A DNA stretch of 64,000 nucleotides from Eledone cirrhosa (GCA_964016885.1 OZ024740.1:246946001-247010000), one strand, 5' to 3'. Shown: positions 25,590-37,235, numbered from the stretch's first letter. Notes: generated from the sequence alone by a model not told the origin. Translations and numbers: made by a program.

Positions 25590-26500
25590 CCTAATTGTAG
25601 TTTCTGGATAGAAAAGTTAGGAACTACAATAAAATCCCTGATCAGTAAAACTTACCCCTTAAGAAAACTCGCTGTACAAATAAGAAATGTTAATCCACAA
25701 ATAACTTGTAGAACTTGAAACGTAGTCTATAGCATAAGATGTACAGAGGGTGCCTTCAGAAATACGACAACGACATACAGGAGAGACAGCCCATAGAGTA
25801 GGAGAGAGATTAGATGAACACTAGAGTGAACTGAAATGACAAAAAAAAACAAAAACAACAAAACAACAACAAACAATTCAGTACTATATGAACACGCCAG
25901 ACTAAAACATGATGGTAAAATAGACAACATAGAAGTTAAAATAACATATAAACATAGGAATGACTCGACAATTAGACAAATTAGGGAGGTTACAGAAATA
26001 GAATTAAGAAAACCTAGGCTGAACAGAACACGTGAATGGAATAACAACAAACACACACAATAGTGATCTAAGATAGAATATAACTATACACAGGTTGAAT
26101 AACAACACCCACACACAAATACACACTAGCGACCAAAGGTAGAATCTAAACACATAAACACACGCAGACTCAGACACGAACACACGAACACACACCAAAC
26201 AGAATACAGACATAAACGCATGCGGAAACAAACAAAAAATAATAATAAAAAACATTATAAGAAGACATCGGAAGGAAACATGATAATCAATGAAAATATC
26301 ACAGATATGTGTGACGAAAGAACTTTGAAAAACTATATTATGTTCGTATTTTTAACTGTTGGTCAATCAATGATAAAACATTGATTGCCAGCTAAATTGT
26401 TTATAGGAATGTAAAACTATTCTGAAGCGAAAACCAAACGAGTGTATTTTACATTTTATCCTGGCAATATTTGGACAGTATCACCCTGCTCAAATGAAAC
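25590..26500 (+). mobile_element. PLE GIY-YIG 3' fragment, decayed (same family as 68-1100)
   Basis: SVLYEHARLKHDGKIDNIEVKI..RQIREVTEIELRKPRLN; degenerate hammerhead (gtgtgacgaaagaacttt) at ~26290-26330. Confidence 0.8.
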
Positions 26501-26583
26501 ATTAATTATCTTAATAGATGAAGACAACCGATATTGGAAGACATTCCTTCATCAGAGGAATTCTTTGAATATAGAATATATAT

Positions 26584-26587
<4 letters not shown>

Positions 26588-26626
<39 letters not shown>

Positions 26627-26638
26627 GAGAGAGACAGC

Positions 26639-26703
<65 letters not shown>

Positions 26704-26714
26704 TGAAAGAGAGA
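26588..26714. repeat. (GA)n microsatellite
   Basis: Direct reading. Confidence 0.9.
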
Positions 26715-27034
26715 CAGGGGGGGGGGGGCAAACAATTGTATATCATACATATACAAAGGCACATATGCACGTACGCAGACACACACATACATGTCCCCAT
26801 ATGCACAAACACATTAACACAAAATACAACAATGTGTACTGTGTGTGTTTGTGTGGTTATGTATATGGCTATGTGTGTGTGTTATGGGTTCCATATGCAT
26901 GTATGTGTGTTTATACAGCTAGATATACATTGAAACAAAACATCCTAACAAGGACTGATCATGAAAGAATCAAATTCCCACAATCACTTCCTCCGTCTCT
27001 CTCGCTCTCCCCATGTCTCACTCCTATAAGTAAA

Positions 27035-29070
27035 TAGAGGTCCACGTGCTGGCCGCCCCGCCAACCCGGTGGATAGAATAGAGGAGGCGTTTCCCCGGAG
27101 GATGGTGGAGGAGGCGCGTTGGAAGATCCATTCCAGTTCGCGAAGCTCACACCTGCGGGTAGCTAACTCTATGCCGATGGTGGTGAGTAGGGAGATGGTC
27201 TAAGGGCCAAGGACACCAGAAGTCTCCACTGCTACGGGCTAGACCACAAACCTGTCGTAGAACGACTGATATTTTGAGAGTTTACTCTCCCATGCCCGAA
27301 ATGCAGCAGAGCCTGGGTTAGTCGTGGACTGCACCAGGTTGCCGCTGGGGAAAGTCTCGCTGCATGTGGCATCCCAGATGAGAGGTTTACCACCGCGGAA
27401 CAGGAAGATGGTTATGCCGTCTGGTCTTTTACCGCACTCTCAGTTAAGCCCCACCGGCTCGAGCTGGGAGGGGGGGGGGGAGCCTACAGCATCCAAGCCA
27501 TGCTTTATAATCTCTTTGACTGCAGCATAGCGTAGAAGGCGACCGGATCCACAACGACATTGTGTGGCTCGCAGATCCGGAGGCTGAGCCTAAGGGAAAC
27601 ATTGATTTGTATGCTATCGTTATCCAGCTGCGTGCAAGTCGAAAAGGAGGGTAAGGCATTGAGCCAGACATCAATGTGTGATTGCGCGACCGAGCGAAAA
27701 CATGCGAGGCTGTACTGATCTAGCTGGCGTTCTAGCCTATCCGAGGCCATGTCGCACTAGGTGGCATCCCATATGATCTGGGGCGATTTGACATCTACAG
27801 GGGTAAGAGGAGAAGGGGCGTCTACTGGGAGGAGTCTGAGCCGTTTCAAAGTCTCGAAGGCGGACTCGCGTTCCTAGAACAAGGTAGGTTCTGTTGTGTT
27901 GTAGAGAACCTTGTTGATATAGGACTCAGCAAGAGGTTACCGACGAAAGAAATACAGGCAAAGCCAGCGATACCGGAGACCAAGGCCACCGTTTCTAACA
28001 GGTAAGGTGCCCTGTTTCCATCCAAAGTCGTCAAACCTGACGTTGCATATCTCTTCAGCTTTCCCACGGATACAAGTATCGATATCAGTGAGGAGAGAGC
28101 GTGGCTGTAGCTAGGGACGATACAAAATGTGTAGAGGAGCTTCGGCATAGCGAAGCAGTTTCTTAATATGCCCAGTCTGCTTGTAAGTGTCATAGTTGAC
28201 ATTCACCACCTCCAACTTGGACTAGTTAACCTCGAGGCCGATTCTCGTCTGAGCAGGAACCACCAATCACAGGTCATGGCAGAGAGTCTCCACAGGCCTG
28301 CCTAATGTGGCATCATCCAGGTGCCAAGCATTGAAAGAGGTCAGGATGCTCCGAGAAATGTTGTCTACCCCAAGAGCAAAGAGGAGGGGGCCCAAAGAAT
28401 CACCCTGCTGAACACCTGTGGCTGAAGGTATGACCGTGTCAACAGCAAAGAACATGCTCGGGGCTGCATACGATAGGTAGGCCAGCGTCACTCGACGCCA
28501 GTTCCAGTGGACAGCTGTTGAAGATCTGCCTAGCTGCACGTGCGGCCCCTCACACCCACCGGATACCCTGATCCCTAGTTGCACGGCCTGAGCTCCTTTC
28601 CCAGTTCAGGTGTGATGGACTTGATCCGGCTGTGTATTCTTGATTCGAAGAGCAGCCAAGACCTTCTCGGTGGGATGGAGTACTGTGTCCTCCGATGCGA
28701 CCACCCTGCACGTGGCCGATATATACGCCCGATTAGTTTGGTGTTTACGCCGCTGCGTAAACGCTGTATGCTGGCTACAGGGATAGAGGATTGCCGGCAC
28801 ATGTGAGCACAGGCTATGGCATCCTTAGGACGAAATGTTGGCCTTGGCGAAACCTGCAATCGACAGGCTGCCTCGGTCAACTCCAGAGTTGGGAAGTCCG
28901 AGGGCGAGTGGGGCAAAATAGAAAAAGCGCTCCCAGTCGCTGACTCGATTAGAGTCCAAGGCGCTCTTGATGGAGGAAGCGAGGGCGTCAGCCACCGGCA
29001 TCTGGACAGCTTTGGGGATTTTGAGTGGGATGTTCCGGAGCCGCCCGAACCGAGCGATGTTGACTAGCCA
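27035..29070 (-). pseudogene. Decayed CRE-clade-like non-LTR retrotransposon (RT plus RLE)
   Basis: GC-rich; SATGVQQGDSLGPLLFALG..NAWHLDDATLG, LRNCFAMPKLLY, WLNALP..LDNDSIQINVSLRL, RPDGITIFLFRGGKPLIWDATC; many frameshifts. Confidence 0.8.
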
Positions 29071-29281
29071 GGCCTGAGCATCAGACTAGCTTGCTATAGT
29101 ATGTAGATATATTGGTAGATTCTATTTACCAATACTCAGTTGGATTCCAGTCTACATTATTCCAGATCTTAGTTTGAGAAATACAACCGACGTAGAGTGT
29201 TGAAGTTTCATCACACCAGAGTTTATTGATTGCGGTGATGCAAGTGCAACATTGCAAGTAATTTAATATTGAAAATATAAC

Positions 29282-29367
<86 letters not shown>

Positions 29368-29448
29368 TTTACACGACTGTATGTAAAATCCCCGGCATGT
29401 CTTTGTATTGTCCTCTTTTCTTGTTGCGCCCTTGTGACTAATAAAGAA

Positions 29449-29509
<61 letters not shown>

Positions 29510-29595
29510 AACTTCCCCCTTTGTATTTGTCCCCTTCTTTTGTGCCCCTGTGGCTAATAAAGAAATATATCTATCTATCTATCTATCTCTCTATC
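29282..29595. repeat. (CTAT)n tracts interrupted by two LINE 3'-end stubs
   Basis: Stubs at ~29366-29449 and ~29509-29566, each ending ctaataaagaaat followed by (CTAT)n. Confidence 0.9.
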
Positions 29596-29813
29596 AGTCG
29601 TGTGTCACTTCGCGGAGAAGTTTCCGTTAATTTATGTAAGGAAAAAACGTGAGTTTTTAGTTCAATTTTATATCATTGTGTAACTTGACCACCCGTCTGG
29701 ACCTTCAGGTGGTGGGTCAACTCATTTTCGCCCCTTCAGGGGCGGAATATCCATTTAAAAAATTTTTCTCCATCGAATCTTGGAAAAAAATATTGTAAAA
29801 TTTTGATTACGTT

Positions 29814-31730
29814 ATGAACGCTGCGTCCAACAATAATGGTGGTGGAGAGGCGGTAAGACTACAAAGCTCGCAGTCAACAACGTCTTCTTCACTAGATACT
29901 ATAGAGATGGAAAGACAAAATGAAAATAAAAAAACGAATTCACACCCAAACAACACAAATGACACCAAACAGCTCAATGACAACAAAAATAACAGCAAAA
30001 CCAATAATGATGATAAAAGCAACAATGATAACAACAACAAAGAAAAAAATAAAGACAACGCCAATAACACCAGCATCAAAGACAACAACAACACCAAGGA
30101 AAATACGGATGATACCAACATCGGTGACAACAAGAATAACAACAAGAATAACAACAATAATGACAACACCACCAATACGGATTCCACAAAGAAACCAAAA
30201 ATCTCCTTTGCGGAGAAAGTTCAAAAGAAAGAACAATTGATTTATCTCGACATAACAAATGCTGAACACCTTTTAAAGGACGCTAAGAGATATGTCACCT
30301 TCGAAAAAAATGGTGCTTTCAGCATCAATTCTCCGGTAGAAATTCGCAAGGAAACTGCTCTCAAAACGATAGTTTTTAGGACAGTTTCCAATTCTACCCG
30401 AAAACCAGTCCAATTGTCACAGAAAGATATTGAACTGGTTTTCAAAGATTCAATGAATGATATTGCATTCATTCAAAGAAGCAAACTTTTTGGGAGTATT
30501 TCGGTACTGATGAAGGATCAATTGACGGCCCAAAATTACTCTGTGTCACCAATTGTATCCAACCTGTACACCTTTTTCCCTACATACATGGGAAAAAGGA
30601 CACAAAAGATCAGAATCACAAGTGTCACACCAAAGGTGAACATATGGTGGATACTGTGCGGCTTCATCAATTTTGATGAAGACAGAATACTGTCAGTAGG
30701 CAAGTCCCCCAGAGATGTATTCAATGGGACTAGCATTGAAGTTCTGGTGCAAATGAGCCCAGAGCGAATAGCTATGATCCCACAGCGTGTACTCCTGGAC
30801 GGACTCACCTACATAAACCTTTCGGTTGAGGGTAGGCGGCCTTCATGTTACCATTGCTTTAGCAGGGGTCACCTGAGGGCTTCCTGTCCTAAACTAATGA
30901 ACCAAAAAAAGGCTCTTCTGCCGACACCCATCAAAACAACACAACCACCAACACCACCACAACAACAACAACACCAACACACAAAAATAACCACAACAAA
31001 CACAGTCCCACCCAACCCCACTCCACCTAAAACCACTGCAAAATCACATACAGACACAACAGCTCCCCAAGACATACCCCTCCCCAATCACACAGACGAT
31101 ACAACAGATGAGGCTATCTCGCCATCACCCAGTGAAGACGAGGGAGAACCCCATCGCTCGAAAAGAGAGAAAAGACATCACAAAAGCAAAAAACCAGCAA
31201 ACACTACCACAAACATACAACCACCAACACAAACAACAAAAATATCACAAATAAAACCCCCACCTCCTGAAAACAAAATACCTACAACAAAACGAAAGCA
31301 CACACAAGAACTACAGACAAAAACAAACACAACACAAGAAAATTACACTTACACTTACATAAACACTGAAAACAAAACACTAACGGAGACCATCACGAAC
31401 GACCCTTCGGTTTTCACCGAAGGGAAAACTTTCGCCCACTCTATAAAAAATAGCAAAAAACTGAACCTAAAACTGATTAGGGTCCCTATACAAACTTATA
31501 GGTCCCTAAAAGAAACATTTGAGAAGGATGTGGGGAATTCCTGCGTGAAACCACTCAACCGCGTCCTTCTCAAATGCCTCCCCACCCCAGACACCCCCAT
31601 CCCACCAGACCCCACCCCACCAAACATCTGCGTCCCCACCCCGCCGGAAACCACCACCCATCCAGACAACCCTTCCAACACCCCCATGGAAATCATGCGG
31701 CCTGGTCCCCAGGAGGCGAAGGGTGAGTGA
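29814..31730 (+). CDS. LINE ORF1 protein (638 aa) with CCHC zinc knuckle
   Basis: Uninterrupted ORF; SFAEKV motif, VEGRRPSCYHCFSRGHLRASCP (CX2CX4HX4C), Asn-rich N-terminus, Pro/Thr-rich C-terminus. Confidence 0.88.
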   Translation: MNAASNNNGGGEAVRLQSSQSTTSSSLDTIEMERQNENKKTNSHPNNTNDTKQLNDNKNNSKTNNDDKSNNDNNNKEKNKDNANNTSIKDNNNTKENTDDTNIGDNKNNNKNNNNNDNTTNTDSTKKPKISFAEKVQKKEQLIYLDITNAEHLLKDAKRYVTFEKNGAFSINSPVEIRKETALKTIVFRTVSNSTRKPVQLSQKDIELVFKDSMNDIAFIQRSKLFGSISVLMKDQLTAQNYSVSPIVSNLYTFFPTYMGKRTQKIRITSVTPKVNIWWILCGFINFDEDRILSVGKSPRDVFNGTSIEVLVQMSPERIAMIPQRVLLDGLTYINLSVEGRRPSCYHCFSRGHLRASCPKLMNQKKALLPTPIKTTQPPTPPQQQQHQHTKITTTNTVPPNPTPPKTTAKSHTDTTAPQDIPLPNHTDDTTDEAISPSPSEDEGEPHRSKREKRHHKSKKPANTTTNIQPPTQTTKISQIKPPPPENKIPTTKRKHTQELQTKTNTTQENYTYTYINTENKTLTETITNDPSVFTEGKTFAHSIKNSKKLNLKLIRVPIQTYRSLKETFEKDVGNSCVKPLNRVLLKCLPTPDTPIPPDPTPPNICVPTPPETTTHPDNPSNTPMEIMRPGPQEAKGE

Positions 31731-31763
31731 TCTCTTTTCCTCTTTTAACTTTTCAGCACCAAC

Positions 31764-34700
31764 ATGGCCAATATAAGAGTTGGATGTGTGAACGTACGCG
31801 GCCTGGGGATGCCCTGGAAACAGGGCAAACTCTTAAACGACCTCAGGTCGCACAGTTTGGATGTGGTAGCCATTTGCGAGTCCAGGATCCACGGCGAGCG
31901 ACAGCTGGCCCCCATCTTCGATGACTTTGAGATCTACGCATCTCTCTGTCAACCGGGGGGTGGGGGCGGAGTTGCCGTTTTGCTGCGGAAACACCTGGGC
32001 CTCGTAACACAGACGGTACATCTGGACCCGGAGGGTCGACTGGTGGTCCTAGACGTTGACGGTAGTGAAGGTGGAGCGTTCAGGCTGGTGGCCGCATATG
32101 CCCCATCCGGGACACCGCGGCCAGACTTCTTCAAACGTCTAGAGACTTTTCTGGGAACGTCCCGCTCCTTGCTTTTAGTGGGGGACTGGAATGGAATCCT
32201 AGATGCACGTATGGACTATGTGGGAGCATGTCCCGATAAAGGGGGGTGTAACAGCCTCAAACAGTTAATCGACCGATTTGACCTGGCCGATAGATATCGA
32301 CTAGATTTTCCGACTGCGCCACTGTGGACGTGGAGTAATCGTAGCGGAACATCTAGATCGTACCTAGATAGGGTTCTAGTTAGAAATAAGGATAGGGACA
32401 TGTTAAGCTGTCCACAAATGTTCATGGTTGCCTATTCAGATCACAAACTAGTGACCTGCATGGCCAACCTTGATAGAACCCATAGACAAGGACCCGGCTA
32501 CTGGAAGCTGAACTTGTCGTTACCGACAAGCAAAGCCTACAGTAGACGGATTAGCACTTTAGTTAAACAGCACTTGACAGGGGCCATTGTCAACAACAGA
32601 TGGTGGTACTCTCTCAAGAGGGCAGTTAGATTAGACTCGATAGCTTTTAGTAAAGAATTAGCGTTAGATAGAAATAGAACCGAGAAGGAACTGGTAGATA
32701 AAGTAGAAGAGGCAATTAGAAGTGGCAACGTAGCCAGCGTGCTAGCAACGAGAACGGCCTTGGACCAGTTCTTCGACGCAAAGCAAGAGGGCTGCGTTGT
32801 CAGAAGCAAAATACGTGCTCTGGGAAACGAGGGAGCCAAAGCTGTTAGCTGGGCCCGAGTGACGGAGGCAAAAAGTGGCAACAAGTCCACGATTCGGTCT
32901 TTGAAGGACCAAAACGGACGCGTGATACGTGAGCCGAAGCAGATGTGTGCGGCTTTTCAGCGGCACTTTGCTCAGCTGTTCGGGGGGAGCGGCGCGCCGG
33001 GAGAGGCTATGGATTTCGGTCCATACGTCGACGGCCTACCGCGACTCTCGGACAGCGAGGCGAAGTTCTGCGAAAAGCCGATTTCAGCCACTGAGATAGG
33101 GGACGCGCTGAGCCAATGCGGCAAACGCAAATCTCCAGGTCTCGACGGTCTACCCTACGAATTTTACGTAGCAATGCCGGACTTATTCTCCGGTCTCCTG
33201 GAAGCGGTCTACTGCAACTGGCAACAGAACGGGAGAATTCCCAGTTCTGTAACCGGGGGCGTGGTCACACTAATCAGGAAGGACGAGAATAAGGGGGATG
33301 ACATAGGCAACTTCCGGCCCATAACTCTGCTAAACACAGAGTTACAGATTTTGGCCAAGGTGTTGGCAAAGAGGCTGGCGCTTGTCGTCGAGAACCTGGT
33401 GGGAGAAGCGCAGACATGCGCAATCCCGACCAGGTCCATACACGACAACCTCCACCTCATGCGATACATCATAGAGAGGGTAGGGTGTAAACCCGGCTTC
33501 GGTGGGGCCCTGATCAACTTGGATCAGTCTAAGGCTTTCGATAGGGTTGACCATCGTTACCTGGATGCGGTGCTCGAGGCGGCAGGCTTCGGACCCGTGT
33601 TCAGGGGCTGGATTGCTGCAATGCACAACAGCAACATCTGCTCAAGGGTCAAGGTGAACGGTTACCTCTCGGAGCCGTTCCATATTACGCGATCCATTCG
33701 ACAGGGATGCCCTCTCTCCTCCCTTCTGTACGTACTGACTCTCGAGCCACTACTGCGGAAGCTGGAGCTATTGCAGGGCATCCCTCTGGAACCGGGACTG
33801 CGGAAAGCAGCGTCGGCCTACGCCGACGACATGACAGTAATGGTGTCGAGCGCCTCGCAAATCGAGGAAGTCGGCACCTTACTGAAGGAATACGAAAGTC
33901 TCACAGGAGCGAAGCTGAACCGGGACAAGTCCATCGGTTTGCAACTCGGATCGTGGAGAGGCAGACCGATGCCTTCCGATGGCGTCGTCGGACGCTGGAC
34001 GGAAGGACCGGTAAAGCTGCTCGGGGTCTGGTTTGGTCCGGACCTCCAGGTGGAGAAGAACTGGAACGAAGTGACGGCCAAGGTGTTTGCACTCACCCAT
34101 AAGTGGGCCGAGTGCAAACTATCCTTGAAAGGTCGAGCGGAGGTGGCGAACACTTTTATAGCGTCCGCCATCTACTACCGCTTGACCGTCGTGCCTTGTC
34201 CAGCCAAAACGCTCGCCAAAATGGAGCGCGCGCTCTTCCGATTCCTTTGGAAGAGGCGGGCTCCTTTGGTGAGAAGATCCATCTGCTGCCAACACCCTTC
34301 TAACGGAGGGCTGGGGATGCCGTGGTTGACGATGCGCAAACACGCGCTCAGGCTGCGGCATCTCTACGTATTCCTCACCGGACAACCGGTGTGGGCCCCG
34401 TTCGTGAGGCGAGCCTTCCCACGACTCGTCTCGCTGACCGAGCTGCAGTCCTGGGTCAAGCAGAGACCGAGGAAAATGGGCGACTGGCACATCGAATGTG
34501 CTCAGGCGCTCACAGCCCTCTGGCAGGCGGACCCGGAGATCAGTGGAGACTCCACTTCGTCATTCTATAGAGGGTTGGTCCGCAGCAAGTGCGACGACGC
34601 GCTCGGTGAAACTCTAGGCGTAGAGGAAGATGAACTGGCCAGTCTGTTCGGTAGGACCTTCCGCCCGGGACCGATGGACAACTTCCAAAAGTCCCTGGCC

Positions 34701-35168
34701 TGGCAGTGCTACCGAGGAGCTCTACCAGTTCGAGACAAGCTCTACAGACATGGGCGCCCGGGCAGGGACCCTGCAAAAAAGATCTGTCCGATGTGCGTGC
34801 GAGACGAAGAAACCGTCGCGCACGCATTCATACACTGCCCGGGCGTCACTGACCTGTGGGGCTATGTAGAACGACTATTGTCGCGGGTGGGACCAATCCA
34901 GTTGACCACCGAGTCCATTGTCATGATCAAACCGCCACCCTCCTTCAAAAACGAAGGAGAGGCGGTTTTCCTTTGTGTGATAGCTATAGCGAAAGAGGTT
35001 GTATGGTGGACAAGGTTGGAAGGGCTGAGGTCAGACACCTTTCTCTCCGGCCAACAACTGATTCTTTTTTTCAAATACCACTTTGGAAGAAGAATCAGGA
35101 TGGAGAGAGAGGTGCTGTACCCCAGCAAGTTTTATGAAAGGTGGGTGAAAGTGGCGAGAATGGCCTGA
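31764..35168 (+). CDS. LINE ORF2 protein (1134 aa): APE endonuclease, reverse transcriptase, C-terminal zinc finger
   Basis: NVRGL, CESR, GDWN, YLDRVL, SDHKLV, GYWKLN, KSPGLDGLP, FRPITLLN, DQSKAFDRVDH, RQGCPLS, YADD, GGLGMP, CPMC..ETVAHAFIHC. Confidence 0.95.
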   Translation: MANIRVGCVNVRGLGMPWKQGKLLNDLRSHSLDVVAICESRIHGERQLAPIFDDFEIYASLCQPGGGGGVAVLLRKHLGLVTQTVHLDPEGRLVVLDVDGSEGGAFRLVAAYAPSGTPRPDFFKRLETFLGTSRSLLLVGDWNGILDARMDYVGACPDKGGCNSLKQLIDRFDLADRYRLDFPTAPLWTWSNRSGTSRSYLDRVLVRNKDRDMLSCPQMFMVAYSDHKLVTCMANLDRTHRQGPGYWKLNLSLPTSKAYSRRISTLVKQHLTGAIVNNRWWYSLKRAVRLDSIAFSKELALDRNRTEKELVDKVEEAIRSGNVASVLATRTALDQFFDAKQEGCVVRSKIRALGNEGAKAVSWARVTEAKSGNKSTIRSLKDQNGRVIREPKQMCAAFQRHFAQLFGGSGAPGEAMDFGPYVDGLPRLSDSEAKFCEKPISATEIGDALSQCGKRKSPGLDGLPYEFYVAMPDLFSGLLEAVYCNWQQNGRIPSSVTGGVVTLIRKDENKGDDIGNFRPITLLNTELQILAKVLAKRLALVVENLVGEAQTCAIPTRSIHDNLHLMRYIIERVGCKPGFGGALINLDQSKAFDRVDHRYLDAVLEAAGFGPVFRGWIAAMHNSNICSRVKVNGYLSEPFHITRSIRQGCPLSSLLYVLTLEPLLRKLELLQGIPLEPGLRKAASAYADDMTVMVSSASQIEEVGTLLKEYESLTGAKLNRDKSIGLQLGSWRGRPMPSDGVVGRWTEGPVKLLGVWFGPDLQVEKNWNEVTAKVFALTHKWAECKLSLKGRAEVANTFIASAIYYRLTVVPCPAKTLAKMERALFRFLWKRRAPLVRRSICCQHPSNGGLGMPWLTMRKHALRLRHLYVFLTGQPVWAPFVRRAFPRLVSLTELQSWVKQRPRKMGDWHIECAQALTALWQADPEISGDSTSSFYRGLVRSKCDDALGETLGVEEDELASLFGRTFRPGPMDNFQKSLAWQCYRGALPVRDKLYRHGRPGRDPAKKICPMCVRDEETVAHAFIHCPGVTDLWGYVERLLSRVGPIQLTTESIVMIKPPPSFKNEGEAVFLCVIAIAKEVVWWTRLEGLRSDTFLSGQQLILFFKYHFGRRIRMEREVLYPSKFYERWVKVARMA

Positions 35169-35440
35169 GTGAATGGGCCTTCTCTCTATATCAGCCTGTA
35201 GGTTGAGGAAAAGGAGGAGGAGAGGAAAGGAGTACAAGCTCTTCGTACTCCTGGAGATGAGGGTTGCACATTTTTTTTCGGGGGTATGTGTTACCCATAT
35301 AAACTGTCTCCCTCTATTGGGGAAAATCGACTAACTTTTAAATTCCATCTGTGATAACATTTTACACGTTTTTATTGTATGTAAACTTCCCCCTTTGTAT
35401 TTGTCCCCTTCTTTTGTGCCCCTGTGGCTAATAAAGAAAT

Positions 35441-35441
35441 A

Positions 35442-35509
<68 letters not shown>

Positions 35510-35525
35510 GATGTATCTATCTATC
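35441..35525. repeat. (CTAT)n tail/target repeat
   Basis: Direct reading. Confidence 0.95.
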
Positions 35526-35616
35526 GAAGGTGGAGCTCTAAATGAACAAGGCTGACCACTTAGCCATAATAAGCAAATACGTAAACTCTTCTTCTCTATT
35601 GGCTACTAATTCTCAC

Positions 35617-35663
35617 GGTGTGTGTGTGTGAATGTGTGCGTGTGTATGTGTGTATGTGTGTGT

Positions 35664-35744
<81 letters not shown>

Positions 35745-35760
35745 TGTGTGTGTGTGTGAG
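35617..35760. repeat. (TG)n microsatellite
   Basis: Direct reading. Confidence 0.95.
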
Positions 35761-36309
35761 TGCGTGTTGTTCAGGCGTACGAGACCCTTTAAGCAACGTA
35801 AAAACTATTTTGAACTACGAAGTCCAATCGTTGATCGGAAAGAATCCCCGAATAGGCGATTAAAAACGTAAAGCTGTTTACAATTAAGAGGAAGTCGCCA
35901 TTGAGATAGTTACCTTATTGACTCTCGTCAACAGTAGAACGGATTCAGCATGATGAAATGTTTTCCTGTATTTCTATTTCTATTACTGGTTATTTGAGAT
36001 ATTATATTTAACGTGTTACCATAGCAGCTGACTTTATTTTAATTAAATTCTTTTTGAATATTTATATCACACACACACACACACACACACACATACATAT
36101 ACACACACATACATATATGCATATATGCATATATGCATGGGTGCTTAACTCCTCATGGATATAAGTAGTGATACATATAAGGCATGTCTTGGGCATTTAA
36201 ACATGAAGAAGCCAACCCCTCTCCTAGTGTGAACACAGCCGATTTCTTCCACAGAGAGATTGAATACGTGAAAGAAAGAGAAACTGAAAAAGAGATATAG
36301 AGGAAGAAA

Positions 36310-36430
36310 GGTTTCCAGTACTGAGCTGGTACTTTATTTATCGACCTCGAAAAGATGAAATGCAAAATTGATCTCGGTCCGATTTGAACTCAAAGCACAG
36401 AGAGCCGAAACGATTACTATCTTGTTATCC
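36310..36430 (-). mobile_element. tRNA-derived SINE fragment (Nin/Deu-like core)
   Basis: Reverse strand gagttcaaatcggaccgagatcaattttgcatttcatcttttcgaggtcgataaataaagtaccag; related to 56800-56975. Confidence 0.6.
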
Positions 36431-36661
36431 CGACAAAAGTACATCAGTTATGATATTTATTTAATCAATTAACCAATACGACTTGTTACCAATAATAATA
36501 GCCTTCAACAATTTGTCCTAGCTTCTCATCCATAGCGTCGAACTCTTTTTGTTCAACCTTCCAAATTTTTACTTTTCTTTACAAATATCCTTTAATATTG
36601 TAAATGAGGTATTTCATAGATAGTAAGTTATATTAAAGACGGTGGAACGGGAGGATGAGAG

Positions 36662-36739
<78 letters not shown>

Positions 36740-36839
36740 GAAAACTGAGAAAGATTAATATCGTGTTTAACTTATACATACTATTGTTTATTAGAAGTAA
36801 TCTCTTTGAAGAAAGGTTTGTACTACAACACGGAAAACA

Positions 36840-37235
36840 TAGATCAGATCACATAAGTTGATAGATCCTCCGTCACTGTCGACTATGAGTTCCGCTGTTT
36901 CTTTCAACTGAAGGTTTAGTCAGTAAATTAACAGGCATGCAACTGAATATTTCCAAGAATCTAATAGCTTTAACATAATTCTCAGAGAGTTTTCAGCGAG
37001 AAACTGAATCTTTGAATAACAGACAAAATCCATCCGATGGGTTTACGTAAATCTGAAGGAGATTCCTCGTGCCACAATGTGGGATAGGGCCGACCATTTG
37101 AATTACACACAATTCATCTAATGGACTCCCAAAGCATTTTTCTCTACACAATTGTACTCTCAAGTGTTGGCCGGCTCGAGACTATGGTGAAATACCGTGG
37201 GATCGAACTCAATGATTTTCTGAAGCATTCGGCTC
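36840..37235 (-). mobile_element. Decayed SINE (second family)
   Basis: Shares tttgaattac and gatcgaactc (B-box complement) with 38230-38530. Confidence 0.45.

Larger units (their letters stand above)
29595..35440 (+). mobile_element. Full-length Tx1/L1-clade LINE within (CTAT)n
   Basis: 5' UTR starts cagtcg; ORF1, 33-nt spacer, ORF2; 3' UTR ends AATAAAgaaat followed by (CTAT)n; CTAT repeats on both sides. Confidence 0.93.

Noticed and set aside
26525-26565. CTGATGA hammerhead candidate on the minus strand
   Set aside because: Stem II is present but GAAA is missing.
31833-35237. Alternative-frame and antisense ORFs within ORF2
   Set aside because: Expected shadows of a GC-rich coding sequence; no recognisable motifs.
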